Source of the DNA: Eledone cirrhosa
Lineage: Eukaryota
Direction of reading: 5' to 3'
Length of the DNA: 64,000 nucleotides
Assembly (NCBI GenBank): GCA_964016885.1
Contig: OZ024740.1
Span: 335,482,001 to 335,546,000 of the forward strand
Below, piece after piece: positions 39,846-53,035 of the stretch (the stretch's first letter is position 1; every line of letters begins with the position of its first letter). Both the position numbers and the translations under genes were made by a program. The notes beneath the pieces are model-generated. The model saw nothing but the letters and a program-made list of their open reading frames with translations. It was not told the DNA's origin and did not search any database.

Positions 39846-42800
39846 TCACATTTAAATAGTGTACACATTACATTAGTCCTCAAGGAGCATATTTATTTCA
39901 TGTAAAAATTACTTCTATGTGATTAGAACTATTTCATTCGTTCCAAGTCATTCAAGCGAATAAAAGAATTATATTTCTGTAGAAGTATTTTCTATACATA
40001 TTTTTGTTTAAGGCAGTTTTAAAGAATTGTTATAATATATTTAGGAGGGATTTAAAAGCGAAATAAGGCGTACGGTGAATAGCATGAGAAAGCAGAATTT
40101 CTTTTATTTAAATATTAGAATTGCAGTGCCCGATGATAAATTAGATTAAATTAGGACGAATGCAAAATAATCCGGAAATAATTTGTACCCTCGTTGCTAG
40201 CGGTCGTATGACCAAGGCAGAATGAGCTGTAGTAGCAATAATTGTTACTACTTTTGGCACAAAGCAATAATAAGAACAGAGCAGCAATCGTTGTAGTACT
40301 ACTTCTCATTCTGTTTTGTATAATATATTCATTTTTGTGAGTTGGCAGACAAAAGCAAAAAACTTCTAAGTACAATAATATTTAACTTCGTTCATCTGGC
40401 TATGATGAACTTCGGAAATTAAAATTTGTTTTCATTTTTAAACTATTTTTATAATATATTTTGTAATTATTTAAAAGCCAAAGAATGCGTATGATGATTA
40501 TCATGTAAAACAATCTTTATTCAAACGTTTCGACCTTAAAATGGCTTTTTCATAGAATTTATTACACTCAAATTTAGTACACCAAGTAATAAAATGCTAA
40601 TTCTACTTTTAATTATATTTTCATCATAGATCTTCTAGATCTAAGCCAGCCATGAGCTAAACAAAAGCAACAATGGCACTCTAGATCCACGAAGTTATCA
40701 GACTAAACCATTATTGTGTGAGTTTTTTACATACAGTTAGATTTTGTGAAGTAGTTCATATCACCCATTTATAACGTTGGTAATACTTATTTATTAATTC
40801 TAGAACAAAGAGCAATCTTCATTGCGTATTTTTTTTATAGATCAGCAAAGGTATTGATGTAAAAATAATTGGCCTTAAGTTCAGTTTTCTTCGAAATAAG
40901 ATAGTTATTTTTGTTTGGAAGTATATAATAATATGGTAAAAGAGTATTTCTACAAGTTGAAAGAATAAGACAATATAAAAAGGCGTTGCTGTATCCTACA
41001 TTGTCTTCCAACACATTCATCTAAATATACAATAGAAATAACACTGAAAAGTAAATATAGACTAAAGAAAATATAGTCTAAAATGGAGAAGTTAGAAAAC
41101 ATTAAAAATTATGAAATATATATAAAATTAAAAATAATTATAAATAGATAAAGAGAAAAGAAAATGTATACTTTCAAAGAAAACAAATTTAAAAGAAATG
41201 CAGAAAATAAATGTGAAGGAAAATGTTTAAAAAATAAAACAAATTACGAGAAAAAATGAAAAGTAGGCACAGCTCTACTTGTCCTCCTGCTTCCATCTAT
41301 GATTTGGTAATAACTACATAACTGTAATTATAGATATTTCAGTCTACAGAAAGGATTGGTGATGATGATGTAGATCTACTTCTGAAGAAAGGTGTGTTGT
41401 TATTATCTTTTACAGTCTCAACATCTATCATTATACCACCTAATATATAAGGTATATATTTGTTTAATGCATTATCCTTAAGTGTATTTTTTATGTAGTG
41501 ATGTACTACTCGAAATATCATTAGTTATTTATCCTTTAGAGTCTTTTATTTTTCAAGTGATCTAATACTTAAATGTATTTTTTCTATCTGATTCGATATT
41601 GTGAGAATCTTTGCGGCTTCATAGTTAGAGGTAAAGAGAGAGAGAGATAAGTATTTATTACGAAGAGTGTCGGCAAGATGTACAGAGAAAGAGTCAGTGT
41701 TATCATCAACAAGTTTGGATGATAGACGTAATACAAATGAAATGCAAAGCAATCTTTTGTAATAGTTTCTTAATGAGTACTTATCAAGTAATGGGCGTCT
41801 ACTTTTCGGGTGATCCCCATTTACCATGGAGGTGAAGTGTCATAGTAATGAGAGAACTAAAGTATACGTCAGATTTTATATGTATATAGCTGATATTGAA
41901 AGCTTATATAATTTATCTTTAAAATGACATCAAGTTTCATGACGCAGTATTAACTATACGATTAATACAGCATTCTATATAAGCCTGTTCAATTTCAAAT
42001 GCTGCAAATAGAAGTCATTCGGTGTTTCCAAAAGTTTAGAAAGATGACTAGAACTAGGGGGCTGAATCATCAGCGGAATTCAGTCCTTAAACTAAGGGAA
42101 GAAGTCCTAAGAGAGACTGCCAGACTCAATGATAGCATCGAATCCCAAACCGCATATATATATATATATATTGTTTGTGATTCGATGCTATCATTTTCTA
42201 ATAAACAATCACGACATCACTGGATTGTTTCGAATAGGCCTCAACCTAAACATGCTGATAACAGTGTTTTCCTTGTTTTCAATAACACTATATTATATAT
42301 AGAGAAAAACGTTATCTTTTTGGTGTGTTAATATACCAACAGCGTTAGTATACAGATAATTCTATAAGAGTTTATCAAATTTAATTCGACAGGCGTGACG
42401 GTGAGAAGCATATCCTTCATAAAAATAATTTGCACCAGGTGCCAATTATTCATATAATCAAAATTCATACAAAGTTGGCACAAAATAAATAGCGATACAA
42501 GAAATAAGGTCACATAAAAACTAGAGTAGGATCCGAGACATTGCACAATACATTAAGACATTTTCAAAATTTTAAATTACGCAACATAATAAGATTATAT
42601 AAAACACTTATATATATACATATATATACACATATATATATATAAGTTAATTAAACGAGATAACAAATAAGGTAACGAATTCTCATGAGAAAATAAATGC
42701 TAAATTAAATTCACACGTGAAGACAAAAATAATTGCAATTGTTGAAATTCATTTTATTTATTTCTCCAGACATCTCCTACTCTACTTCACCCCCTCTCTC

Positions 42801-43354
42801 ACTCTCTCTCTCTCTCTCTCTCTCCCTATCTCTCTCTCCCTATCTCTCTCTCCCTACCCCCCTCTCTCCCCCTTTCTCTCACCCCCTCTCTATCTCTTTC
42901 TCTCTCTCATTAACGATTTCATGAATTTATTAATTATTCCATATAGTTATAGCAGACTATACACGACAGTAATTTGCTACAGAACTACACCGTGCTGTTA
43001 TGTTTATCTCCAGTTATTATGATGGCCACACATCCATTCATCAGTGTTATCGCATGCGTTTATTTGTCTCTGATGATATAAACATGTACTGTCTATGTTT
43101 CACTTTTTGAATGAAGTTTAACATAACTATGGTTTCCTTTTTATTCACATTTCTTTGCAGTAATCCACGTAGTGATAGCCCTCTTCATACATACATACAC
43201 ACACATACATACATACATACATACATACATACATACATACATACATACATACATACATACATACATACATACATGCATACGTGCATGCATACATACGTAC
43301 ATACATACGTATCTCACAATGCATCGTATTACCTATACTTATATATATATATAA

Positions 43355-43404
<50 letters not shown>

Positions 43405-43405
<1 letters not shown>

Positions 43406-43590
43406 GGAGAAAGTATGACCCCTACGGCAGAGCTCAAGCCATTTCGACGGCCATTTCTGGACGTCCAGAAATAGCCGTCGAAACGGCTTGAACTCTGCCG
43501 TCAGGGTCATACTTTCTCCTATTACCCACTCTACTACCCTAAGTATTGATTACTCTGGTGCGTTATGGTCCATCTGGTTCCTTACCACAA
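43405..43590. mobile_element. Second copy of the TA-flanked palindromic element
   Basis: aggagaaagtatgaccc..ctggacgtccag..gggtcatactttctcct, with a unique tail matching 28937-29025 in reverse. Confidence 0.85.
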
Positions 43591-44177
43591 CTCCTTCGTT
43601 ATATATATATATAACCCAGGATACATACCCAACTCCGCACGTCACCCTAGGCAAGAATATCGCCTGAGCCGGGACAGGTTGACCCGGATTCCATTGACTT
43701 TCAGTCAAATGCCTTACACCTATAGGACAATATACCTCAACCACAGTGACATACTTCAGTATAGCCGGTCCACGCACCCCCATGAATGTGTATATTTTCA
43801 ATAAAGAGTCCATAGTCTCCACGTATTCCATTTTGTAACACATATTGTATTCTCCGTATACAGACCCACTTGTATATCACATACTTCTCTTGTGTACTAT
43901 CTCATACGTATACACGTTCCTTCTTTTTTCATATATGTTTTCTTTTTTTAATATAATTTCTGCACGCATTTTCTATGTACGGTCTGCGCATACTATTTAC
44001 TATTTACTGTAATACCATGAACGCCCATAATGTGGCTTTGCGCAAAGATCCGATATGTGGTTCGATCCATGTTCGCAACGTAACAACATCTCTGTAGACA
44101 CATACAACTGGGCGCACTCTTTCATGTATTGCTTAATGTGTATCTCTATGTGACGTTATATGTATATTTTTAATGAA

Positions 44178-44365
44178 GCGGTGGATTGGCAGTATCGGTA
44201 GAGGTTCGGACGCCATGCTTTGACGCATAGAGTTACGGCCCTTGCCATTCTGAGTTCAAATCCCGCCGAGGTTAACTTTGCCTTTCATCCTTACGGGGTC
44301 GATAAAATAAAGTACCAGTAATGTACTGGTTAATTTTCTGGCCTTGTGCCAATAGTAGAAACAGT
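44178..44365 (+). mobile_element. SINE, major family
   Basis: Full-length copy. Confidence 0.92.
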
Positions 44366-44447
44366 TATATGTATATTTTTAATATATTCTATATTTCTTT
44401 CACATGTGTGTATATATGTATGTGTATATATTATGTATGTGTATGTA

Positions 44448-45035
44448 TGGTGGCTGCCAACTCGTTTTCGAGTACGGCCACTACTTTATATCCATGTAGG
44501 AGAACCCCTAACGATGCGCTGAACGAGTGTGACTTTTAGTCCAGCCAACGACTTGAAAACTCTGGTACAAACATTACACCTGTGACAATTATTGACACAG
44601 GCCCATAGTACCATGTGACGACAAAGGCAGAGAGATCTCCAGATATAAAGCAATGCCTGTGCCGTGAAGCTTTTATAGTGAGCAATGGCACTGCACAAAG
44701 CCAGTCCCACTCTCTTAACCAAGATGATATTTACCAAAAAGAACAAGTCGACATCATTGGATACCATCAGGTTTGCAGGTGTTATATCAGAGTTTTCCTT
44801 CTCCTAGAATTCTGCCTTGACAAAGGCTAAGGTGTCATCTCTCCCGGTGATTTTGGATGGCCAGCTCCTTTGCCATTTGACAGGTTTTGTTTTTAGTCCT
44901 GCAGGATGTCCAAAGTCACCCTCCTCACCAAGAAACCTTGGTGGAGTTGCCAGTTTAGTCGCCAACGACCCGACCATGAGACAGGTTGTACTGGGATACA
45001 TGTTACCAGTAGCACCAACTGGTGACCTGACATAT
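44448..45035 (-). mobile_element. Short internally deleted RTE-like element (5' UTR-like part joined to a C2H2-encoding 3' end, (CATA)n tail)
   Basis: Minus strand CNVCTRVFKSLAGLKSH resembles RTE ORF C-terminal zinc fingers. An aggagaaggaaaactctga motif is typical of RTE 5' regions (from recall). Confidence 0.6.
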
Positions 45036-45163
45036 TGTGTATGTATATATATATATATGTATATGGTTATATTGTTTGTATATGTGTATGTTTATAACAA
45101 GATGCATCCTTTCATGTATGACCCATTGTGTATATTTATATGACTTTGTGTGTATATCCTATT

Positions 45164-45202
<39 letters not shown>

Positions 45203-45760
45203 CTTTGTATGCGTGCGTGGACCTGTATGTGATTATGCGCATATTTGTAAGAGTGTATATGAACCAGTGTGTGTGTGTACAAGCACGCACTGTATGGAAA
45301 GTTCTTGTTTGTGTGTTTGTGTGTATATATATATATGTATGTGTGTTTGCGAGCGAGTGTGTATCTGTGCCTGTATATATGGACACGTGTGTGTATGTGT
45401 GTGTGCATGGGAGGAAAAGGGAAAAAAAGGGGGGGGTCTATGTATATGTCTGTACGTGTTTGTGTATACAGGTATATATACGCGTATGCATGTGTGTGCG
45501 CCTGTGTGTGTGTGTGTGTGTTGATGTATGTGGGCATGTAGGCAGGCGTCTGTGTATGCGTATGTTTATAGGTTTATATGTTCTCCTTTAATGTGTGATT
45601 ATAGCGGGAGTCTATGTGTACGACTGTCGTTATCTATGTGATTGTGAGTGTGTGTGTGTGAGCGTGTGTGTGTGTGGACGTGTGAACTACCAAACTACCG
45701 AAGATGATGAAGTTTTTGACGCTAAGACCCTAGTGAAAGATTTTGCTCCGAAATCATTTG

Positions 45761-45852
45761 ACGTGTCCGTCGAACCTGCGGATCCAGATTCAGGCAGATC
45801 CACACAATGATCGTGTCTCGAGCTGTCCGCCGGCGAAACAATTGTAACACAC
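45761..45852 (+). ncRNA. Degenerate extended hammerhead homologous to 31999-32091
   Basis: acgtgt ccgtcga acctgcgga...tccgccggc GAAAC aatt GTA acac. The core is mutated but the helices show compensatory changes. Confidence 0.5.
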
Positions 45853-45918
45853 AATAAATTGAGTTCAGATGCATCACTGATTTTTCGTTTTATATTATAT
45901 ATATATATTGTTTAATTC

Positions 45919-46013
<95 letters not shown>

Positions 46014-46536
46014 GTATATGCGTGGGTTTGTAATTTTGTTTAGAATTGTTTGTGTAAGTGATTTTGTGAGTATATGTGTTTGGGGTCTGTTTGCATGCGT
46101 TTAGGTGTTTCTAAGTATCTATTCTGTCAGCTTTCATTTCTAGGAAAATGACTTTCCCTAACTTTTCAATTTCAAGCTTCATATTTAACCATCGTCTCTC
46201 TCTCTTTGTTTTTCCTTTCCACCCTCTCTCTCTCACTCTTTATTGCATGATCCTTCTCATTCAGACTCTCTCTCTCTATCTATCTATCTGTTTCTCACAC
46301 TATCCATCTACCTATCCATCTATGACACATGTGTTGAGCTCGCTCGGTAAGTTTTTGTTTAAATTCATACGGAAATTGTAAACTGTAAACTTTCATTTTT
46401 GTACCATTTTGTAGAGGGACTGCCAGGTCAAATTTTGATCTGGTCGGTCTCTCAAAATATTCTGCGCCTTTGGGCGAAATAGTATTGTGAACATTTTATC
46501 TTTCGAAAAACTTCGAAAAACCCTATTTTGAGAAAA

Positions 46537-48400
46537 ATGGCTGAAGCATCTTCACCATCAATCAAAGAAGGAAAGGGGAAGTCATACTCATAGCTTCCCC
46601 CTGCCACTGTCACAGCAGCAGATGCCAAAGGCAGAGGTCAGAGAGAGGAAGAATTGTCTTCACCTGTTGACCGACCACTAGATGTAGCCACAACTACACA
46701 AGAATTTGAAAACAACAACAACAATAACAACAACAACGACAACAACAGCAACAATAAAGACAACAAAAACAACAACAACACAAACGTCACAAGTATCCAC
46801 ACACGAAACGAGAAAGACAACAACAACAACAAAGATGAAAACAACTCAAACGACGAGAAACAAAACAATACTAATATCCAAAACGAAAACAAAATATCTT
46901 TTGCACAAACGGCTAAATTATCAGTCGCTTATGTGCTGGAAGATATTTCAAAAGCAAAAGAAATGCTGGAAAAAGCCAAGAAATATGTGTCTTTTGGCGA
47001 AAACGGTTCGTTTTCTATACATTCACCTCCGGTGCTAAAAAGACAGACGGAATTACGAACTGTCGTATTCCGAACAATTTTAAATAAAACAAAGAAACCA
47101 GCGCAACCATCTCAAGCGGAAATTCAGTTAGTCTTGAAAGACGCGATGAGAGACATCACTTTTATACAAAAGGATAAACTCTATGGGAGTTTATCCATAT
47201 TGATGAAAGACGAATTGGCGGCAAAAAAATACTCTGTGTCGCCAATTCGGTCCACACACTACACCTTCTTCCCCACCTACATGGGTAAAAAAACCCAGAG
47301 GATATGGATAACCACCATCACCCCAAACATAAACTACTGGTGGTTCCTAACCGGTTTCCTCAATTTAGACGAGGACAACCTCATTTCAATAGGGAAGGCA
47401 TCCGGCGACGCGTTCAGTGGAACGAGCCTCGAAGTTCTGACCCAAATAAGGCCAGAACGCATCGCCTAAATCCCTGAGCGCGTCATGCTGGATGACCGTA
47501 CCCACCTCAACATTATTGTGGAGGGTAGGCGTCCCTCCTGTTACCTCTGTGGCAATAGAGGTCACCTGAGGGCTGCCTGTCCCCAGCTCACACAGAAAAA
47601 AACACTGCTACCAACACTAACACCACCCCAACTACAACAACAAAAACAACCACAACAACAACAAAAACCAACAACCCCACCACCACCACCACAACAACAA
47701 CAACAACAAACACGTGAAAAAATAACACAGAATACTGTTCCACCCAATCCCTCCCCACCCAAAACAAATACAAAAACACGCACACCGCAAACACTACCAG
47801 AAAACATACCCCTCCCACCCAACAAGGAAGACGAACATCTTTCGTCGCAAGACGAAAAAGATCCCTTCCAACAAGTAAAAAGAAAGAAGAGGAGACGCAC
47901 CACAGACACAAATGTTAACTTTAACCCCCCCCCCCCCCCCCCAAGAGAACACAAACTACACACAAACCACCCCTCCCTGTCACACAACACTAACTGCTAC
48001 ACAAAAAAAGACCTTACAATACACATACATGAACACAGACAACAAGGAATTACGGAAAACAATTTCAGCAAACCCTTCGGTCCAAACTGAAGGGCCAAAC
48101 TTTATAACTGCTGTCGGACTACCTCATTTGAAAATGATAAAAGTCCCAATGCACTTGTACAAAACACTGAAAATAAATTTCACGGAGGACGTGGGCCCCC
48201 CCTGCGCCAAACCAATCAACCGCGTCCTCCTAAAAAATTTCACCCCCCTACCCCACCCAGACACCCACTCAACGACAAACACCCCAACCCCACAACACAC
48301 CGATGCCCTTTCACTTCCACAAACCAAAACCCCACCAAACAACCCATCCCCAACCAGCATGGAAATTGAGCGGCCCGTTTCCCGGGACGCAGAGAGGTAA
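46537..48400 (+). pseudogene. LINE ORF1 (gag-like, CCHC zinc knuckle), two premature stops and a frameshift in a poly-C run
   Basis: ATG at 46537 is in frame with ORFs 46654 and 47485. Contains CYLCGNRGHLRAAC, SFAQ and FQQVKRKKRR. The frame shifts at the C-run ~47925-47942. Confidence 0.8.
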
Positions 48401-48424
48401 GTGCCTTTCCTCTTTACCACCAAC

Positions 48425-51400
48425 ATGGCTGTGCTAAGAGTAGGGTGTCTAAATGCGCGTGGCCTGGGCTCGTCTTGGAAGCAAGCAATGCTTCTAAATG
48501 ACCTCAGGTCACAATCTATAAATGTAATGGTTATCTGCGAGGCCCGGATCAGCAGCATGCGACAGCTAGCCCCCACCTTTGACGACTTTGAGATGTACGC
48601 ATCTCTCTGTCAGCCCGGAGGTGGGGGTGGGGTTGTCGTTCTGCTGCAAAAACATATGGGCCTTGCAACACAGATAGTTCACTTGGACCCAGGGGGTCGA
48701 CTGGTGGTGCTGGACCTTGGCAGTGGTGAAGGTAGAGCCTTTAGGCTGATAGCCGCATATGCCCCTTTTGGGACAGAGCGGCCCGACTTTTTCCAGCGTC
48801 TGGAGTCTTTTCTAGGGACGTCCCGTTCCCTGCTTTTAGTGGGGGATTGGAATGGTATCCTGGATGCACGTTGGGACTATGCAGGGGCATGTCCCGATAG
48901 AGAAGGGTGCAACAGCCTCAAGGGGTTACTCGGCCGATTTGACCTGGCCGATAGATTTCGACTAGATTTTCCGACGGTGCCAACCTGGTCTTGGTCAAAT
49001 CGCAGCGGATCATCTAGATCGTACCTAGATAGATTTTTAGTTAGAAATAAGGACAGGGACTTTTTAAGCTGTCCAGAAATGCTCATGGTTGGCTATTCAG
49101 ACCACAAGTTGGTGACCTGCATGGTCAACCTTGATAGAACGCATAGACAGGGCCCCGGTTACTGGAAGCTCAACTTGTCCTTGCCGGCAAGTAGAGCCTA
49201 CAGGAATCGGATTAGTACGTTAGTTAAGGAACGGTTGACTGGAGCGATCGTCAGCAGCAGGTGGTGGGTATCTCTAAAGAGAGAGATTAGAGTAGTCTCG
49301 ATAGAATTTAGTAAGGTTCTAGCTGCGGATAGGAATAGGAAGGAAAGGGAGCTAATAGATAGAGTAGAAGAGGCAATTAGAAGCGGCGACGTGGCCAGAG
49401 TGCTAGCGTCGAGAACGGCTTTGAGCCAGTTTTTCGACGCGAAGCACGAAGGCTGCGTTGTCCGAAGTAAAATACGTGCTCTAGGGAACGAGGGGACCAA
49501 AGCTGTTAGCTGGGCCCGCGTGACAGAGGCCAACAGTGGAACTAAATCCACCATCCGGTCTTTGCGAGACCTGGATGGACGGGCGATTCTTGAGCCTAAG
49601 CAGATGTGTGAGGCCTTTCAAAGGCACTTTGCCCGACTGTTCGGGAGGGGCGGGGAGCCGGTTGGGAACGTGGACTTCGGTCCATACCTCGACGGCCTGC
49701 CGCGCCTCTCGGACAGGGAGGCGAAGTCCTGCGAGGAGCCGATTTCGGCCGCTGAGATAGAGGACGTGCTGAGCCAATGCGGCAAACGCAAATCCCCGGG
49801 TCTCGATGGTCTTCCTTACGAATTATATCTAGCTATGCCGGACTTGTTCCCCGATCTCCTCGAGGCGGTCTACTGCAACTGGCAACAGAACGGGAGAATT
49901 CCCTGTACTGTGACCAAGGGCGTAGTCACGCTAGTGAGGAAGGACGAGAACAAGGGGGACGAAATAAGTAACATCAGGCCCATAACTCTGCTAAATACAG
50001 AGTTACAGATTTTGGCCAAGGTGCTAGCAAAGAGGTTGGCGCTTGTCGTGGGGAACCTGGTGGGAGATGCGCAGATATGCGCTATCCCGTCCAGGTCCAT
50101 CCATAACAACCTCCACCTCATGCGATACATCATAGAAAGGGTTGGGAACGAACCCGGCTTTGGTGGGGCTCTGATCAACTTGGATCAATCTAAGGCGTTC
50201 GATAGGGTCGACCATGGTTACCTGGATGCGGTGCTAGCGGCGGCAGGCTTCGGACCCGTTTTCAGGGGCTGGATCACTGCTATGCACAGCAGCCGCATCT
50301 GCTCTAGGGTCAAGGTGAACGGCTACCTCTCGGAGCCGTTCAAAATCGCGCGGTCCATCCGACAAGGGTGCCCTCCCTCCTCCCTTCTGTATGTGTTGAC
50401 TCTCGAGCCACTACTGCGGAAGTTGGAGTTGTTGCAGGGCATCCCTTTGGAACCGGGATTGCGGAAAGCGGTGTCAGCCTACGCCGATGATGTGACAGTA
50501 ATGGTGTCGACGGCCTCCGAAATCGAGGCGGTCGGCACCTTACTGGAGGAGTACGAAAAGTTCACAGGGGCTAAGCTGAACCGGGACAAGTCGATCGGTT
50601 TGCAACTCGGCACGTGGAGGGGCAGACCGATGCCCTCCGATGGCGTCTTCGGACGCTGGACGGAGGGCCCGGTGAAGTTGCTCGGGGTCTGGTTCGGACC
50701 GGACCTCCAGGTGGAGAAAAACTGGGCGGAGGTTACGAACAGGGTGTTTGCACTGACCCAGAAGTGGGCCAATTGCAAACTATCCCTGAAAGGTCGGGCG
50801 GAGGTGGCGAACACTTATATAGCGTCCGTCATCTACTACCGCCTGACCGTAGTGCCCTGCCCAAGGGAAACCCTCACCAAGATGGAGCGCGCGCTCTTCC
50901 AATTCCTTTGGAAGAGGCGGGCTCCTATGGTGAGGAGATCCATCTGCTGTCAACACCCTTCGAAAGGAGGGCTGGGGATGCCGTGGCTAATGATGCGTAA
51001 ACACGCATTAAGGCTACGGCACCTCTACGTATTCCTCACCGGACAACCGGTGTGGGCCTCGTTTGTGAGACGAACCTTTCCCAGACTCGTCTCACTCACC
51101 GAGCTGCAATCCTGGGTCAAGCAAAGACCGAGAAAACTGGGCGCCTGGCACACTGAGTGTGCCCAGGCGCTCACCGCCCTCTGGCAGGCGGATCCGGTTA
51201 TCAGTGGAGACTCGACCGCAACATTCTATAGAGGGCTGGTACGCAGCAGGTGCGACGACGCCCTCGGAGAAGCCCTAGACATGGAGGAGGACGAATTGGC
51301 CAGCCTGTTCGGTAGGACATTCAGCCCGGGACCTATGGACAACTTCCAGAAGTCCCTGGCCTGGCAGTGCTACCGAGGGGCTTTACCCGTTCGAGAAAGG

Positions 51401-51862
51401 CTCTACAGACACGGGCGCCCGGGTAGGGACCCCGCCAAAAAGATCTGTCCCAGATGCGTGTGCGACGAGGAAACCGTTGCACACGCATTGGTACACTGCT
51501 CGGGCGTAGCCGATCTGTGGGGCTATGTCGAACAACTGCTGTCAAGGGTGGGACCGATCCGGTTGACCACCGAGTCTATTGTAATGATCAAGCCGCCTCC
51601 CCCCTTCAAAGATGAAGCAGAGGCGGTGTTTCTGTGCGTAATAGCCATGGCGAAAGAGGTTGTATGGTGGACGCGTCTGAAAGGACTGAGGTCAGGCACC
51701 TTTCTCTCTGGCCAACAACTGGTCCGTTTCTTCCGATATCATTTCGGAAGAAGGATCAGGATGGAGAGAGAGGTGCTGCACCCCAGTCGTTTTTATGAAA
51801 GGTGGGTGAAAGTGGCGAGAATGGCCCGTGTGAATGGGCCTTCTCTTTACATAAGCCTGTAG
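48425..51862 (+). CDS. LINE ORF2: APE endonuclease, reverse transcriptase and C-terminal cysteine/histidine motif (intact, ~1145 aa)
   Basis: LNARGL, ICEAR, GDWN, SYLDRF, SDHK, GYWKLN, KSPGLDG, RPITLLN, LDQSKAFDRVDH, SIRQGCP, AYADD, GGLG, CPRC..ETVAHALVHC. Confidence 0.97.
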   Translation: MAVLRVGCLNARGLGSSWKQAMLLNDLRSQSINVMVICEARISSMRQLAPTFDDFEMYASLCQPGGGGGVVVLLQKHMGLATQIVHLDPGGRLVVLDLGSGEGRAFRLIAAYAPFGTERPDFFQRLESFLGTSRSLLLVGDWNGILDARWDYAGACPDREGCNSLKGLLGRFDLADRFRLDFPTVPTWSWSNRSGSSRSYLDRFLVRNKDRDFLSCPEMLMVGYSDHKLVTCMVNLDRTHRQGPGYWKLNLSLPASRAYRNRISTLVKERLTGAIVSSRWWVSLKREIRVVSIEFSKVLAADRNRKERELIDRVEEAIRSGDVARVLASRTALSQFFDAKHEGCVVRSKIRALGNEGTKAVSWARVTEANSGTKSTIRSLRDLDGRAILEPKQMCEAFQRHFARLFGRGGEPVGNVDFGPYLDGLPRLSDREAKSCEEPISAAEIEDVLSQCGKRKSPGLDGLPYELYLAMPDLFPDLLEAVYCNWQQNGRIPCTVTKGVVTLVRKDENKGDEISNIRPITLLNTELQILAKVLAKRLALVVGNLVGDAQICAIPSRSIHNNLHLMRYIIERVGNEPGFGGALINLDQSKAFDRVDHGYLDAVLAAAGFGPVFRGWITAMHSSRICSRVKVNGYLSEPFKIARSIRQGCPPSSLLYVLTLEPLLRKLELLQGIPLEPGLRKAVSAYADDVTVMVSTASEIEAVGTLLEEYEKFTGAKLNRDKSIGLQLGTWRGRPMPSDGVFGRWTEGPVKLLGVWFGPDLQVEKNWAEVTNRVFALTQKWANCKLSLKGRAEVANTYIASVIYYRLTVVPCPRETLTKMERALFQFLWKRRAPMVRRSICCQHPSKGGLGMPWLMMRKHALRLRHLYVFLTGQPVWASFVRRTFPRLVSLTELQSWVKQRPRKLGAWHTECAQALTALWQADPVISGDSTATFYRGLVRSRCDDALGEALDMEEDELASLFGRTFSPGPMDNFQKSLAWQCYRGALPVRERLYRHGRPGRDPAKKICPRCVCDEETVAHALVHCSGVADLWGYVEQLLSRVGPIRLTTESIVMIKPPPPFKDEAEAVFLCVIAMAKEVVWWTRLKGLRSGTFLSGQQLVRFFRYHFGRRIRMEREVLHPSRFYERWVKVARMARVNGPSLYISL

Positions 51863-53035
51863 GTGGAAAAGAGGAAGGAACGAGGGAGCACCCCCTCTCT
51901 GTGCTCCTGAGGAAAAGGGTTGCACACTTTTTTCGGGGGTGTGTGCGACCCCCCAAGGCGCCTCCTCTCTATTGAGGATTTTGTTATAAATTTTATTTTT
52001 TGTTATATCTTATTTTATTTTTATATTTTGTTATTGCCTCCTCCTTATTGAGGACGCCTTTTTGTGTAAACTCCCCCCTTTGTACTTGTCCCACTTTTGA
52101 TGCCCTAGTGGCAAATAAAAGAAACATATCTATCTGTTTCTCACTCACATTCTTTCTTTCCCAGCTCATCCTTATATGTTAGGTTCTGTGTCCAGCCTAC
52201 TTTTCACAATGTTCCATATCGTCCTAACTACTATATTTTTATTTAACAAACCATACATTTTATTTGATTGGAACACGGTATTGATTTTATCATGGAATCC
52301 AATATATTTGTAGATCTATTCGACAGTATTCAACGAAGGACATTACTGGTAGATAACGTATTGACTTCGGTGTAGTAAAAGTTGAAACTTAAAATAAAAC
52401 AAAACCAGAAAGGATACGACTTAATACTGTGATACATATAATCCAGCAGATTCTTGTCAGAATAATTTTGACCGACGTATTACAAACTGTATTATCACAA
52501 TCTAGAATATACTACTCAAATATTGTAGCCCCCAAAACGTTTTGAAGCCTGATGCCAGTAAGCACTTAATCATCAGCAGCTCTTTTATAGAAAAAATACA
52601 AATATAAGGATCGTAGTTAAAAAATAAAAAGCAGTTTTCGGTTCAGATGAGATGAGCCTAGCCATAACTGACTTAAACGATGTTGGATGGTTCTCGCAAT
52701 AATCACGAGGGTTATCTCGTTTTCACCTCCATGGATTAGATGATAGGCAAATCTACTACGAGAGAAAGAGAGGGCCAGGTGCAGGAATTGACAAGAGAGT
52801 GAGCAATTCTAGACTCACAAACCTCAATGCTCTCCCACAATAGTTGAGCTTATTCACCCTTATAAACAGGTATTGTGTTTGTCCTGTTTGTTCTGTTAGG
52901 CAGATATATTTCTAGATTGCAAAGAAAGAAAGCAATCTCGTTCTCAGAAAATGTCGTATGCAAGTGATTTGAACAATGGATTGTGAATGAAATCTGGGAT
53001 AGGGAAACTGTGTGACGCCCGTCATATATATATAT

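Larger units (their letters stand above)
46299..52126 (+). mobile_element. Near full-length Tx1/L1-clade LINE with an 18-bp TSD
   Basis: tatctatctgtttctcac at 46281-46298 and 52127-52144. Contains ORF1 and ORF2, and the 3' end gcaaataaaagaaaca. Confidence 0.93.

Noticed and set aside
41343-41391. Candidate host micro-exon (ttcag|STERIGDDDVDLLLKK|gtgtgt)
   Set aside because: Plausible splice signals, but no recognisable homology or neighbouring exons; could be chance.
42020-42085. Minus-strand CTGATGA...GAAAC, and similar weak motifs at ~23870-23915, ~35595-35625 and ~40521-40555
   Set aside because: Missing NUH site, core or helix I pairing, so not supportable as hammerheads.
47562-51545. 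Antisense and alternate-frame ORFs within the Tx1 LINE
   Set aside because: Shadow ORFs of GC-rich or low-complexity coding sequence.
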